Shown: piece by piece, positions 1 through 13,300 of the stretch
How positions within the stretch are numbered: the first letter of the stretch is position 1
How the letters are laid out: the number at the start of each line of letters is the position of its first letter
DNA from: Rebecca billardiae RCC1528
Lineage: Eukaryota > Protista > Haptophyta
Length of the DNA: 64,000 bases
Reading direction: 5' to 3'
Assembly: GCA_965240325.2 (NCBI GenBank)
Contig: OZ251247.1
Span: forward strand, 434,001 to 498,000
The notes under the pieces: model-generated
The model's database searches: none
What the model was told of the DNA's origin: nothing
Seen by the model: only the letters and a program-made list of their open reading frames with translations
Made by a program: the position numbers and the translations under genes

Positions 1-1541
1 GACCTACGAGGCAGGTCAAATCTGTCGTCGTCGCAGTGCGGCACAGTGCCGAGCATGCGATTCGGCAGCAAACGTCTGCTCCAGGCGGTGGCTGGCGTGT
101 CTGCACCAAACCAGGCTGGATGGGATTGGTCCACATAGGTACGCACTACCCTGTTCCGCGCTATTTCTGGGCTTAGGGGCGGATATTCGGCCTACAGAGG
201 CTGATCCGGCGTTGTTCGGCGCTCCTGGCTGGCTGCGCGGAGCCCAACGGCAAGCGCCGGCGTGTGCAAGGTGTCAAGATTGAGACGGTCTCTGACGCTC
301 CCGCCGGTCTTGGGCGCACCAGGGTGCATGAGGGCCCATCTGCATCTGCTTCTGCAGGCATGAGCGTCACAGGGGCGCGCTTGCAGGCACGGTCGAGTGC
401 ACGTCGGACCTGTCGAATGAGCCAACCGCTGCCTGCGAGCACGTCCGCGACGTCCTGAGAGGCGAATGGGAGGCGCCCAGACGCCATCTGGGGGCACACG
501 TGACCCATACCCAACGTACTGACCATCGCAAGTGCCACGGCAGGTGCAAACACGGGCCCTACAAGCGGAACATGACAGTTGCGAGCTCCGCGGAGGTGCT
601 GTGCGCGAGCTCGCGCCGGTCTGCTGACGGCGATTCCGGCGCAGTAGGGCAGGTTAGGCGAGCTGGGCATTCACAGACATACATGGACGATTGGTCCGAG
701 CATCGATCTCATTGGTCCGAGTTGATCATGCGCCACACCGTGCGGTAGCGTAGCGGGCGTACGCAGCGCGCCAATTCAAGCCGGCCGACGCGCGCCGCGC
801 ACGGCGCGAGGTGGCCAAGAAGCGGGTGGTGAGCCGCTGGTGGCGCAAAGGCACGGGTCAGTAGCGCCCACCAGCGTCACGCGCGCGCGCACCCGAGACC
901 ATCTCGGCGTCTCAAAGGTCGCGAGCGCGCGGCGGTCCACTGCCTCCGGCCGCTCGTGCTGGAGCGGAACCGAGCTCTGAGCGCCCGAAGGCGTCGGAGC
1001 TCGATTTTCGAGCGAGGTCCGAGAAAAAGGCTCCGCGCCACCCTAAAAGGCCGAGGGCGGAGCGAAAATGCGACGCGACTTTGCTTTTCATTTTTAAATG
1101 GGCGGTTTGGCCCCCCTATAACACGGAATAACGGCGGTCATCGATCGATCGATAATAAATCAGTATATATATATATAGTTCGTCGTCGTCATCATGATCA
1201 TCATATCAGCAGTATACGACTAGCAGTCATCGTCAGATATCCGGACGATTCTACTACTCTACATATATATATGATGATGATGATATGTAGGATTTATCGT
1301 CGCCTCGTTGGCGTGCTCAGCCTGGCCGGTTACACGGGCAGCTCCGCGCGGGGCCGCCGGCACTTGGCACCTGCACGGCAGCAGTGGCATCAGCTGTCAG
1401 CGGCCGCCGCGTTAGTTCCCGTTCAGTGTGTACTATACGAGCAGGTACTCGCGGCTTACACTGCTGTCATCAGTCTGAGAAGTATATATATATACACTCA
1501 GTCATCGTCGAGACCGGCCAGCCCTCTCCGGCGCCGCGCTA

Positions 1542-2085
1542 CAGGCAATCGCGGGCAATAAGAAGTCAGAGATCTCACGGCTAGCCTCGGTTTCTTAGCC
1601 GTTCGGTAGCCCGAGCGTCTACGGAGTCTCAGTTTCTTAGCTAGGTCCGCCCGCCGCGCAGGCGCGGGGGGCGCAGGGTCCAGGGGCAGAGCCCCCCGCT
1701 GAGTCTTTAAGTTTAGGCCCGGCCGGCGAGGCCTAAGAAATAATATTTGGGCTCCAAAAAGGCCCAAATTGGGCCTTTTTGGAGCAAAGCTGGCATGATG
1801 TTGCATGGATGCTGCGGTGCACTGGCCAGGAGTCAGTCATCAGGAGAAGTCGGGACTTGGCCTGTACTCGTAGTCGGGCCGCGCGCCGCGTCCCCGACGC
1901 GGGCCGACTGCGCCTCGCCCTCACGGCGGACCACTCGTCAGCCGGGACGACGTAGTCCCGGTTTCTTAGTGTGGCTATGCGTATAGCGAACCAGCCAATC
2001 GCTAGTCTCAGTTTCTAGGCCAGATCCGCAGATAGCAAGCCCCAGTTTCTTAACGTGACAGCTCCTTATTGCCCGCGATTGCCTG
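1542..2085. mobile_element. MITE, Tc1/mariner-like (TA target), copy 1
   Basis: Perfect 21-bp TIR CAGGCAATCGCGGGCAATAAG at both ends, flanked by TA (1540-1541, 2086-2087). Repeated subterminal GTTTCTTAG-like motifs. No coding capacity. Near-identical inverted copy at 23507-24018. Confidence 0.9.
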
Positions 2086-2622
2086 TACGCGTTGGCGGAA
2101 CTAATTTCGGGCGACTGCACCGCGCTCGGACAGATTCCATCGCATCACACTTAGAATAGCGTCGGGAACCCCACGAGGCTACTCCATGTATACCACTGCA
2201 TAGAACGCGCCCCCCATGCGCTCGTGTGTTCCCACGCGCGAATGAGGTGCGGTGCGCCGACTCAGCGGGACTCACCTGGTCGACCGCGCCCAGCCTGCGT
2301 GCTGGGCCGTCCTCGCCACCGCGGCCACCGACTCACCGCCGTACACGTGGCCACGCGCGCGGACCGGGCGCGTCCGGGCGCGCGGCCTGCAGCTCCGCTG
2401 ACGCGCCGGCCCAGCAGGCAGCCCCAAGCTGTCGTGGGCGGGCGGAGAGACAGACCGGCCGCCATCGTCGCTGTCTTTCGCTCAAGCGGCAAGCCTCGAC
2501 CCAGCGGAAAGTCCGGCCGCACTCGGCGGCGGGCTGAGAATCCTGAGATCGCGGTGCGCCGCTCGGTGTCCATCCCTGCTCCCGCCGCGGGTGCACGCGG
2601 CGACCCAGCGCACGCAGCAAGC

Positions 2623-4926
2623 ATGGCGGCGGACGCGGTGGCGCCGGGGTTCTCGCCGCTCGCGCTGTGCGCGTGGCTCGCCATCTGGACGGCCGTCCAC
2701 TTCGCCGCCGTGCCGCTCCTCCTCGCCGCGCTGCGGCACGCCGGCGGCCGCGCGCCCGACGCGCCCGGCGGCGGCGCCGTGTGCCTCGCGCGCCGCACGG
2801 CGGCGCGGCTCGAGGCGGGGGCGCTGCGCGGCTGGCGGCGGCGGTACCTGCGCAAGCTGGTGCGCTCGCTCGTGTACAACGTGCTCGCCTCGCTCACCGG
2901 CGCGTACCTGCTCGCCGCGACTGTGGCCGCGGGCGCGGCCGCGCCGCCGCCTCTGGCCGCGGCCGGCGCCGGCGCCGGGAACGGCTCGGCGGCGGCGCCG
3001 GGCGCGGGCGAGGGGTGGGTGCACGCGCTGTTCGTGTGGTGGTGCCCCCTCCACGCCGTCGCCTTCCACGCCGCCGCCGCGCACTGGCTCCTCGAGCTCG
3101 CCGAGGGGTACGGCACGCGCCAAGCGTTTTCGATCCGTGTGTGGCTCCCCTTCTCGCGGGAGCAGGCGGCGGAGCTGGACGCGCAGGCGCGCGCGGCGAT
3201 GGACGCCGAGGCCGGCGGTGGCGATGGTGGCGTGGGGGGGGGCTCCGCCGCCGTCACCACCCCTGCCGGCGACGAGGTGGGCGTGCCCGTCGGCGGCGGC
3301 GGCGGCGGCGGCGGCGGGCACAGCAACGCGCGCCCCCTTGCCTCCTGGGCCTCCGGCCCCCATGTCGAATATCGGCTTTCGCAGTTTGAGGTGTTCGGGC
3401 CGTATATGGCGCACCACGCGCTGTCGGCGTGCGTGTACGGTGCGGTGCTCGCCACGGGGCAGTGGGTGGGCGTGGGCACGTGCGGGCTGCTCTTTGAGAT
3501 GCCGGTGATCGCTACTGTGCTGCGCGACCTTTTGAAAGAATTCGAAAAGGAATTGGGCTGGTGGGACGCGCTGGGCGGCTGGGGCAGCGTGCTCGCGCTC
3601 TGGCGCGCGTTCTGGCCGGCGGCGCTGGTCGGGCGCGGCGTGCCGCTCGCGCTGTGGCTCTGGAGCGCGCTCGCCTGGGCCGCCACCGCCATCGGCTGGC
3701 TCCTGCCCGCCGAGCCCGGCGCCGCCGCCGCCGCCGCAACCGCCGCCGCCGCCGCCGCCGCCGCGTCTGCGGCGGCGGCGCCGCCGGCGCGCGGCTTTGG
3801 CGCCGAGGTGGCGGCGCTGCCGACGGCGCTGGGCGCGGCGTACTTGGGGCTGGGCGCGGGGTTCCTCGCGATCTCGGCGCAGTGGCTCATCTACCACGAC
3901 CACCTCGCTGTCTCCGACGCGGCGCACGCGCAGGGGCGGCCGCACCCGGGCGCGCCGCGCGCGCAGGACTTGCCGCGCGGCGCGGCGGCGGCGGCGGCCA
4001 TGCTGACGGCGGGCGCGCGCGGCGGCGGCGGCGGCGGTGGCGAGGGGATGGGTGGGGGTGACGGCGGTGGGGGCTCGGACGCGGACGGCGCGGACGCGTG
4101 CGCGCCCCTGCTCTCAGTGCGCGCCGGCGACGCCGCGCCCGCACCCGGCGGCGCCTCGCGCCCCGGCGGCGGCGGCGGCACCGCCGCCGCCGCCGCCGCC
4201 CTGACGGCTGGCGGCGGCGGCGGTGGCGGCGGTGGCGGCGGCGGCGGCGAGCGGCTGCGGCTGGTGATCGACGGGCTCGAGCTCGACGTGACCGAGTTCG
4301 CTTCCGTGCACCCGGGCGGCGACGCCGTTCTCTGGCAGCACGCGGGCACAGACGCCACCGCCGCCTTTGATGCGGTGGGGCACTCGGCGGCGGCGCGCGC
4401 GTCGCTGCGATCGCTTGCTGTTGTGCGGGGGGCGGAGGCCACGCCCAACCCCGCCGCCGCCGCCACCGCCGCGCCGTACGCCCCCGGACCGCCGAAGGGC
4501 TCGGACGAATACAACGCGCAGCGGCGCGCGGAGCTGTTACAAGAGCTGCGCGGCAGTTACAAGCTGCCGTATATGCACGGGTATATCTACTATGACTGGC
4601 ACGCGATCTCGCTGGCGGAGGTCGGGGGGGCGTGGGTGGTGCTGCTGGCGCTCGCGCTGCCGGGGCTCGGGCGCACGGGCGGGCTGATGGCCGCGCCGCC
4701 CGACCCCGCGGCCGCCGCGGCCGCCGACGGCGCCGCCGCCGCGGACGCGCCGCGCGCCGCGGCGGCGGCCATGCTGGCGGCCCTTGGCATCCGGGCGGCG
4801 CAGCTCGCGCCGGCGTGTGCGGCGATGGCGGCGTGGTACGCGCTCACGCTCGCGAGGCCGGCGTGCGCGGCGGAGGGCCTCGGCGCGCTGCCCGCCACGC
4901 TGCTTCGCGCCCTCGCCGGTGTGCCA

Positions 4927-4959
<33 letters not shown>

Positions 4960-5779
4960 CGGCGCGGCGCGGCGGGCGCGCGGCGCGGCGGCGACGGCGG
5001 CGTGAGCGCGTGCGGCGGCGCGGCGGCGATGCACGCGTACGCGCTGTGCAGCGCGCTGCTGCTCGTGCTGGCCAGCACGCTCCTCGCCCCGCCGCCTTGC
5101 CTCGTCGCCGCCGCGCCGCCCGCCGCGCGCGCGCCGGCCGCGCCCGCGCTCGCTACCGCCGACGCGGCCGCGGCGCGCGGCGCGCGCGCTCTGTGGCCGT
5201 TCGTCGGCGGCGGCGGGGGCGCCGACGGCGGTGGCGGGGGCGGCGTGCTGCTGCTGCTCGCCGCGCTGCTCTGGCAGCCGCTGCTGCGCGTCCTCCCCGC
5301 GCGCCTGCTGCTGAGCACGCGTGGCGCGCCGGCGGCCATGCTTGCAGTGTGCGCGGCGGCGGTGGCGGCGCCGCGGCCGGCGCGCGCGGCGCTCGGCGCA
5401 GCCGCCGCCGCGGCGTGGGGCGCGGAGGGCGGCGGCGGGGTCGTGGGCGCGGCGCTCGGCGGCGCCGCGGCGCTTTGGCGCGCGCTCGGCGCGCCGCCGC
5501 CGCCGGGCGGCACCGCCGCGGCGGCCCTCCGCGCCACCGCCGCCGCCACCGCCGGCGGCGCCGCGGCCGCCGCGGCCGGCGCCGCCACCGGCGCTGCGTG
5601 CGCGCTCGGCGCCGCGCTCGCGCTCGCGGCCGCGGCGCGCGCGCAGTGCGCCGCCGGGCGGTGGGTGCGCGGCGTGGCGCCGGCGAGCGCCGCCGCGGCG
5701 AGCGCCGCCGCCGCCGCGCTCGGCAGCGCCTACTGTGCGCTCATCGCCCTCGCAGCCGACGCGGCCGTCGCGGCCGCGC

Positions 5780-5812
<33 letters not shown>

Positions 5813-6487
5813 ACGGCGGCGGTGTGGGCGTGCTCGGCGGCGCGGCGGCGCGGCTCGCGGCCGCGGCGCTCGGCGGCGGCCTCCCCGTCTCCGCCGCCCC
5901 ACACCCGCACCCCTTCTCTGGACTTTCCGGCTGGGGCGTGCTGCCCGTGGGCGGCTGGCAGTGGCTGCGCTTCGCTCTGCTCGTGATCACGCTGCCCGGT
6001 GCGCGCGCGCGCGAGATTGCATCTCCCGCGCGTGCGAGATGTGAGATTGCATCTCCCGCGTGCGCGAGATTGGATCTGCCGCGCGCGGGAGGAGTGCACG
6101 CCCGGTCGCACGGCACCGCTGCTGCTGCGGCCGTGGCACGAGCCCCCGCTGCCGCGCGGGCGGCCGCCCCAGCGGTCGGTGCGCTAGTCCGGCCGCAGCT
6201 GAGCGCACGCGGCCGCGCCCACCCCTGTGTGCGCGTGTGTGCGCGTGCGCGTGTGTGTGCGCGCGCGTGTGTGTGCGTGTGCGGCGGCTGCTGCCGCCGC
6301 CGCGTCGTGTGCGTGTGCGCGCAGGCGTCTTCTCGTGGCACGCGTTGTGCCGCCAGCTCAGCCCGAGCGCCGCGGCGGAGGCGCGCACCGCCCTCGGCCT
6401 CGGCGCCGCCGCCATCCCCGCCCTTGCGCGCGGGCAGGTGTGCACAGCGCGCCGTGCGTGCGCGCGTGCGCGCGTGTGTGTGCGCGC

Positions 6488-6536
<49 letters not shown>

Positions 6537-8491
6537 CGCGCGCGCGTGCGCCCGTGCGCGTGCGTGTGCGTGTGTGTGTGCGTGTGCGTGTGCGTGCGCA
6601 TGGCTGTGGCTGGGCGGGGGCTTTGGGTGGCGCGGGCGGTGGGAGCACGCGCCGACTGGGCCGGCCGTGCCGCCTGCCGCGCCCCCCGCCGCGCCGCGCC
6701 TCAAGCGCGCCCCCCAGCGCGCTCACCCCCGCGCCGCGCCGTGCGCACACACGCGCGCCGCCGTGCGCGTGCGCGCGCGCAGCTGACGTGGGGCGGCGTG
6801 CTGTGCGCGCTCGCGCTGCTGTGCTGGTACTGGGAGCGGCTGTACGACTGGACCGTCCCGCCGCTGCGCAGCCCCACACCCAGCATGGCCGCTCGCATCG
6901 CGGAGGCCGACGCGGCCGCGCCGCCCGCGCACGCGGCCGCGCCGCCGCCGCAGCAGCCGCCGCAGCAGCAGCCGGGCGGCGCGGGGCCAGGCCTCGGCAC
7001 AGCCGATTCGCGCGGCGCGGCCGACGACGACGACCCGCACGGCCTCGCGTACATCGACGACGAGGACGGCGCGTGGGACGACGAAACACACGCGCAGCGC
7101 GAGGCGCGCGCGGCGGACCCTGTCGCCCTCTCCCGCCGCCGCGCCGTGTACTCGCTCGCCAGGTGCGGCGCAGGGGTGTGTGTGTGTGTGTGTGCTCTGT
7201 GTGTGTGTTGTGTGTGTGCGTGGCAGCCTTCCTCGCCCGCGCGGTGCGGTTGAGAGGGGGTGGGTGCGCGCGCTGGGACGCGCGGCACCGCCACCCACGA
7301 CCTACTCAACCCCCTACCCGCATAGCTAGCCCTCCCCTGACACGCACACGCGCTCACACACACACATCGACCCCCCCCCCCCCCTCCCGCACACACACAC
7401 GCACACGCACGCACGCACACACGCGCCTCTCTCCCAGCCTGCTGGACACGACCCGGCTGGTGCTGTCCGTGCCGCTCTTCACCGCGGCCAAGCTGCTGAT
7501 CACGCGCGTGGCGGCGAGGCTGGTGCCGCCTCCGCTCACTTACTATGTCTACCCCACCGGTGCGTGCGCGCGCGGGCGGGGGCACGCAGGGAGGAGTCGG
7601 GGTGCGTGGGTGGAGGGCATGGGCGTGCGGCCCTCGCGCGCGTACACGGCCACCGCCCGCTGCAGCCAGGCCCCAGCAGGTTAGGACGTGTAGGGTTCGG
7701 ACGTCCTAACCCTCCCACTACTAACCCCAACCCTACCCCTTACTAACACACCCTACCCCGACACCTGCAGAGGTGACGCACATGGGCGAGCGCGTGGAGA
7801 TGGGCGTCGCCTACTGGCTCGGCCCGCCCACCGTCTCGCAGCAGCAGAGTCCGGGGCTGTTCATCTGCAACATTGGACACCTCGAGTTCGACCAGGACGT
7901 GCAGCGCACCTCCGTCTCCACGTACAAGATGGTGCGCGCTAGGGGTAGGGGCAGGGGTAGGGGTAGGGGTAGGGGTAGGGGTGGGGGTAGAGGGGTAGGG
8001 TAAGGGTGGACGCGCCGCTGCGCACTGCACTGCGCTGCACTGCGCGGGCCACTGCGCGTGGGCGGTCGTGGTGGCGTGGGTGTGTGCCGGGCATGCGGCA
8101 TGGGCGCGCGGAGGCGGTGGGCGCACGGCGCGCGCGCGCCTCGGCACGCGCCGCCCCCAACCTCTCCCCGCCGCCGCGCGCGCGCGCACGCCGCGCTGCC
8201 GCCCCGCACCCCCCCGCGCGCGCAGCTGCAGTCGCTCAAGGGCCCCGACGCCGCCGCCGCGGGCTTCGTCGGGCAGTACCTCGCGCTCTTCCCGCCGTCG
8301 GGCGCCGCGGCCAACCAGCAGCGGGAGGTGGGGCAGGCGGCGTTTCGGGAATTGAATCTGACGGCGTGGACGGACGGGAGGGCGGCGCGCGAGTGGTACG
8401 TGGCGAACGCGGAGCACCGGCGGATCGTGGCCAAGTACCGTGGGCAGGGCCTCGACTCGTTCGGCGCGCTCATCGCCAACCTCGCGCCCGT

Positions 8492-8530
<39 letters not shown>

Positions 8531-8690
8531 TGCCGGCGGCGGCGGCGGGGGCGGCGGCGGCGCGGCCGGGCCGCCGGCGATCCGGTGGGCGGTGCGCTGC
8601 CGCGAGTGCCGCTCGCTGATCCGCGGGTACCCGGCCAACCGGCGCTGCGCGCGCTGCGGCGCGCCCAGCGTCGAGATGCCGCTCTTCTGA
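2623..8690 (+). CDS. Multi-domain membrane protein: TLC (TRAM/LAG1/CLN8)-like domain + cytochrome b5 heme-binding domain + TM region + C-terminal ABM/DUF3291-like domain + Zn ribbon (6 exons, ~1538 aa)
   Basis: Exons 2623-5998, 6325-6437, 6783-7162, 7438-7559, 7771-7931 and 8226-8690 join in frame via GT-AG introns (4617 nt). Motifs: YMAHHALS...GLLFEMPV (TLC-like HH...E); LVIDGLELDVTEFASVHPGGDAVLWQHAGTDATAAFDAVGHS (cyt b5 HPGG and second His); ELNLTAWTDGRAAREWYVANAEH (ABM/DUF3291-like, tentative); CRECRS...RCARCG. Confidence 0.8.
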
Positions 8691-9116
8691 GCGCCGGGCG
8701 TGCGGCCGCGATCGTGCGCCGGCCGCCATCGTGCCAAACAACCCCGCCCCGCTTCGTCAGTGTGGGAATCCGCATCTCTGCACGAGTGAACGTCGAGAAG
8801 TCGTCCGAACCGGCGCCGAAGCTGCCGGCTCCTATCGGCCCGTCTCAGAATCCATATATGCGCACCTACCCGCACGTCGCACGCACGCGGTGCGCGCATA
8901 TACAAAACATTACCCACGCGGCGCAGGCGCTCAGAGTGCGCCGTCCTGCGGCGAAGCGGCCTGTAGCGCCGCGGACGAAGCGGCGCGCTCGCGCGCACGG
9001 CGTGCGCGCGGCGCGGTCGGACGGCGCGAGAGGCGCGGCGCGCGAGCGCGGCACCCAGCGCACCGGCGCGTGCGCGTGCGGGCACCCGCGCGCACGCCGC
9101 ACCCGCGCGGCACCGC

Positions 9117-9148
<32 letters not shown>

Positions 9149-9166
9149 TGCTAAGCCGCGCGCGCG

Positions 9167-10329
9167 ATGGGCGCGACTCTCGGGCACTGCGTGGGCGGCG
9201 AGAGCCTGGGCGTGCCCGCGCTGCTGGACGAGACGGAGATCTCGCCCGAGGCGCCGTACCTCGCGCCAGAGCTCCGCCTCCTCGCCCTCGGCCGGGAGGT
9301 GCGGCGCCGCCGCCACCGCCGCGCCGCCGCCGCCCGCCTGCGCGCGACTGGCGGGCGGCCGCCGCTGCGGAGGGAGGGGGGGGTGGGGGCGGTCTCGCGC
9401 GAGCGTGCGCGCGCGCGCTGGGCACGCGCGCACACACGCGCACGCCACAGCCCCTGACGCTCCCCCCCCCCCCCCCCCCCCCCCCCTGCGCGCGCCCCTC
9501 AGCCCGAGCCACCGCTGCCGGCAGGCTGGGTGGGGGCAGCCACCGCCGCCGGAGCCATCACCGCCGCGCGCGCGGCGGGGGGCGACGACGCGGCGGTGGC
9601 GGCGGCGGCGAGCGGGCGCGCAGTGGTCGGGCCGGACACGCAGCGCATGATGCCCAAGGTGCGCGCGCCCCCCAACCCGCCGCCGCCGCCGCGCGCGCCG
9701 CGGCGCGGCGCGCGCCGACCGCGCGCCGCCGCCGCGTCGCCCGCCCGCCCGCGCGCCGCGCGCCGCGGCCGTTACGACAGGTGAACCAGGACCGCGGCTT
9801 CGTGCACTACCCCGTGGGCGGCCGTTACGACCTCGCGCTCATCGGCGTGCTCGACGGCCACGGTGCGGCGCGCGCGCGGCGGGGGGGCGGGGGACGGCGG
9901 CGGCGGCGGCTGCGGCGGCGGGCGCGGCGGCGAGGGCGGCGGCGGCGAGGGCGGTGGTGGCGGCGGTGCGTTGTGTTGTGTTCGTGACCACGCGCCGCGT
10001 CCTCGCGCCGCCGCCCGGCCCCTCCGCGCCCCCCCGCGCGCGCCGCGTCCGCCGCTCCCCGCGTCCGCGCATGCTGCGCGCGCGCGTGCGTGCGCGTGTG
10101 TGCGTGTGTGCGGTGTGTGTGTGTGTGTGTGTGTGCGTGTGTGTGCGTGTGTGTGTGCGTGTGTGTGTGCGGTGTGTGTGTGTGTGTGTGTGTGCGTGTG
10201 TGCTGCGCGCGGGCAGGCTCGAGCGGGCAGCTGGTCTCCGACTACGCGGTGCGCAGGCTGCCGAGGCTGGTGGCGCGCAGGGTGGCGCGCGCGCACGCGG
10301 CGGCAACGGCGGCGACGGGGGGCGACGCA

Positions 10330-10396
<67 letters not shown>

Positions 10397-13300
10397 CGCG
10401 TGCGCTGCTGGGCGGTCGGTGGGACGCAGGATGGCTGCCGCTGGAGGAGGGTGGGCTGGGCGAGGCGCGCCGCCCGCCGCCGCCGCCGCAGCAGCCGCAG
10501 CCGCAGCCGGGCGGCGGGGCGGACGGCGGCAGCACTCACGGCGGCCATGCTGACGGCGGCGGCCATGCTGACGGCGGCGGCGGCCATGCTGACGGCGGCA
10601 GCGGCAGCGGGCGGGGCGGCATGCGCATGCGCGGCCGCGTGCGCCGCCCGCGCGCGCGCGAGGCGGACTACTTCCCCCCCACCGCCGCCGCCGCCCCAAT
10701 GGCCGCCGTCAGCATGGCCACCGTCAGCATGGCCGCCGCCGCCACTGGCGGCGGCGGCGGCGCGGACGGCGGCTGCGGCGCCGAGGCGGCGGCGGCGGCC
10801 GGCGGCGGCTGCGCGGCTGGCGATGGCGGCGGCGGCGGGTGCGAACGCTCGCGCGCGCGCTCGGCCATGCCAGCGCTGGGCGGCGGCGCGGGCGCGCGCG
10901 CGGTCCACCGCGCGCCGCCGCCGCGCCGCGCTCCGCTGCTGCTCCCGACAGACGCCGCCGCGGCCGCGCAGCCGCCGCCGCCGGCGCGCGCCGGCAGCGG
11001 CGTGGCTTCGCCGCTGCTCGGCGCTCCGGCGGGCGGCGGAGGCGGCGGCGGCGGGCGGCGTGACATGCCGTGGCTTCTGCGCCAGACGAGCGGTCCGGGG
11101 CGGCTGCGCTCCGGCGGTGGTGGCGGCGGCGTCGGCGCGAGGGCCGGCGGCGGCGCCAGCGCCGCCGTCGGCGGCGGCGGTGCCGCCGCCGCGCCGCGAC
11201 ACACGTGGCACCTGCCTGGGCTCGGCCGGCCCCGGAAAAGTCCGGGCGGCGAGAGTCCGGGCGGCGGCGGTCCGGGCGGGTGGGACGAGGCGGCGGCGTG
11301 CGAGGCCGCCTGGTCGGAGCTGGACGCGTCCGTCGTCTCCGTCTGCGGCGCGTCGGGCACGCCCGCGACCGTTACGCCGGCCGTTACGCCGCTCGTGCGC
11401 TCGCGCGCCGTGTCGTTTGCGCGCTCCGCGTCCGGGGACGCGGGCGTCACGGCCGCCGGCGTCACGGCCGGGGGGCTGGGCGGGGCCCCGGGCGGGGGGC
11501 GCTCGCGCGCAGGGAGCGACGCGAGCCGCCGCTCGTCCGACCCGGTGGCGGCGGCGGCGCACGCGGGCGGCGGTTACGCGGGCGGCGGTTACGCGGGCGG
11601 TTACGCCGGCGGTTACACGATGGGCATGATGGAGGCGGCGGGCCTCTCGCGCCGCAGCTCGGGCGAGGGCAGTGCCGGCGGCGCGCCGCCCAGCTCGGCG
11701 AGCGCCTCGCCCACGCTCGCCTCGCGCTTCCCTTTCCACCTCCCCAACCCCACCGCCCTAACCCTACAGCCTAACCCTACCCCCCTAACCCTACCCGCCG
11801 GCGGCGGCGGTTCCGCCAACCCTACCCTAGCCCTCCCCCCGCCGGACGACGGGGACGAGGCGCCTCTGCTGCTGCTCGGCGCAGTCCGGGAGCTCGAGGC
11901 GGCGATGCGCGCGGACGCGGGGCTGCACGCCGCGCTGCAGCTCTCCGGGTGCGCCGCGCCGCGCCGCACCCGCGCACGCGCGCCGCCCACCGCGGCACCC
12001 GCGCCCGCCGCCGCGCCGCCGGCCTCACTCGATCGCGCGCCCGCCGCGCGGCCGCGCGCCGCGCGACCGCCGCGCCCGCAGCTGCACGCTGTGCGTCTGC
12101 CTCGTCACGCCCACGCACATCGCAACCGCCAACCTCGGCGACAGCCGCGCCGTGCTCGGCACGCTCGGCGGCGGTACCGCAGTGGGCGGCGGCGGTGCCG
12201 CGGTGGGCGCGCCGCCGCCGCCGGCCGGCGGCGGCGGCGGCGGCGGCGGCGTGTTCAGCGGCGGCCTCGGCTCGCTGCAGCTGCCGACGGCGCTGGGCGG
12301 CGCCTCCGCCGCGGCGCTCGCGGGCGCGGCGGCGCGCGCCTCGCCGCCCGAATCGCCCTCGCCGCCGCCGCCCGCCGCCGCGCCACGCGCGGGCGCCACC
12401 GCGGGCGCGCGGCCGGCGGGCGGCGCGCCGCCGCTGCCGCCGCCGCTCGCCGCGCAGGGGACGCCGCCGTGCGGGCGCGCGTGCGTGACGAGCCCGCACA
12501 CGCCGTCGCCCGGCGTGCGCGTCAGCCTCTCCGTCTCCGCGCCCGCCACCCCCGGCGGCGGCATGCCGCCAGGCTGGGGTTGCGGCAGCCATGCTGACGG
12601 CAGCCATGCTGATTTTGGCCGTTGGCCGAGCACGCCGCCGGTGGTGGCGCTCTCTCGAGATCACACGCCGACGCGCCGGACGGAGCTCGCGCGGATCCGG
12701 GCGGCGGGCGGGCACGTGAGCCCGGCGGTGGTGCGCGTGGTGCGCGTACCCGCCGCCGAGCGCGCCGCCGCCGTCCCACCCGCCGCCGGCGCGCCTGGCG
12801 GCGGCGGCGCCGACCCTGCGGACGGCGGCGGCCATGCTGACGGGAGCGTGCACTCGGCCACCTCCGCCTCGTCCGGACTCTCGCAGTCCGGCCGCTCGCT
12901 CCGCTCGGGCCAGTCCGGGCTCTCCGGGCTCTCCGCGCCGGCGGAGCCGCGGCCGGACGCCGAGGCTGCGGCGGAGGACGGCGGCGCCCTGCAGGAGGTC
13001 GCGCGCCCCTCGCGGCTGTGGCACTCCAAGGAGGACGTGCGCGCGCGCCCACTGCGACACCCGCGCGCGCCCACTGCGACACCCGCGCGCCCACTGCGGC
13101 ACCGCGCGCGCCCACTGCGGCACCGGCGCGCGGGGGAGGGCGGTGGTTGGGTGTGATGAGGGCGATCCGGACGCGGGGCGAGGGGTGGGGGGGCGCACGC
13201 CCCCCATCGCCACCCATCGCCCAGCGCAGCACCGCCCCGCCCCGCACAGCACAGCCCAGCGCGGGCCGCCCACGCCGAGCGCGCAGCGCCCACCGGAGCT

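Noticed and set aside
1-1140. Possible TE fragment at the window start (CACAGTGCCG at 42, AT-rich end near 1065-1135)
   Set aside because: No convincing partner IR, TSD or protein motif found.
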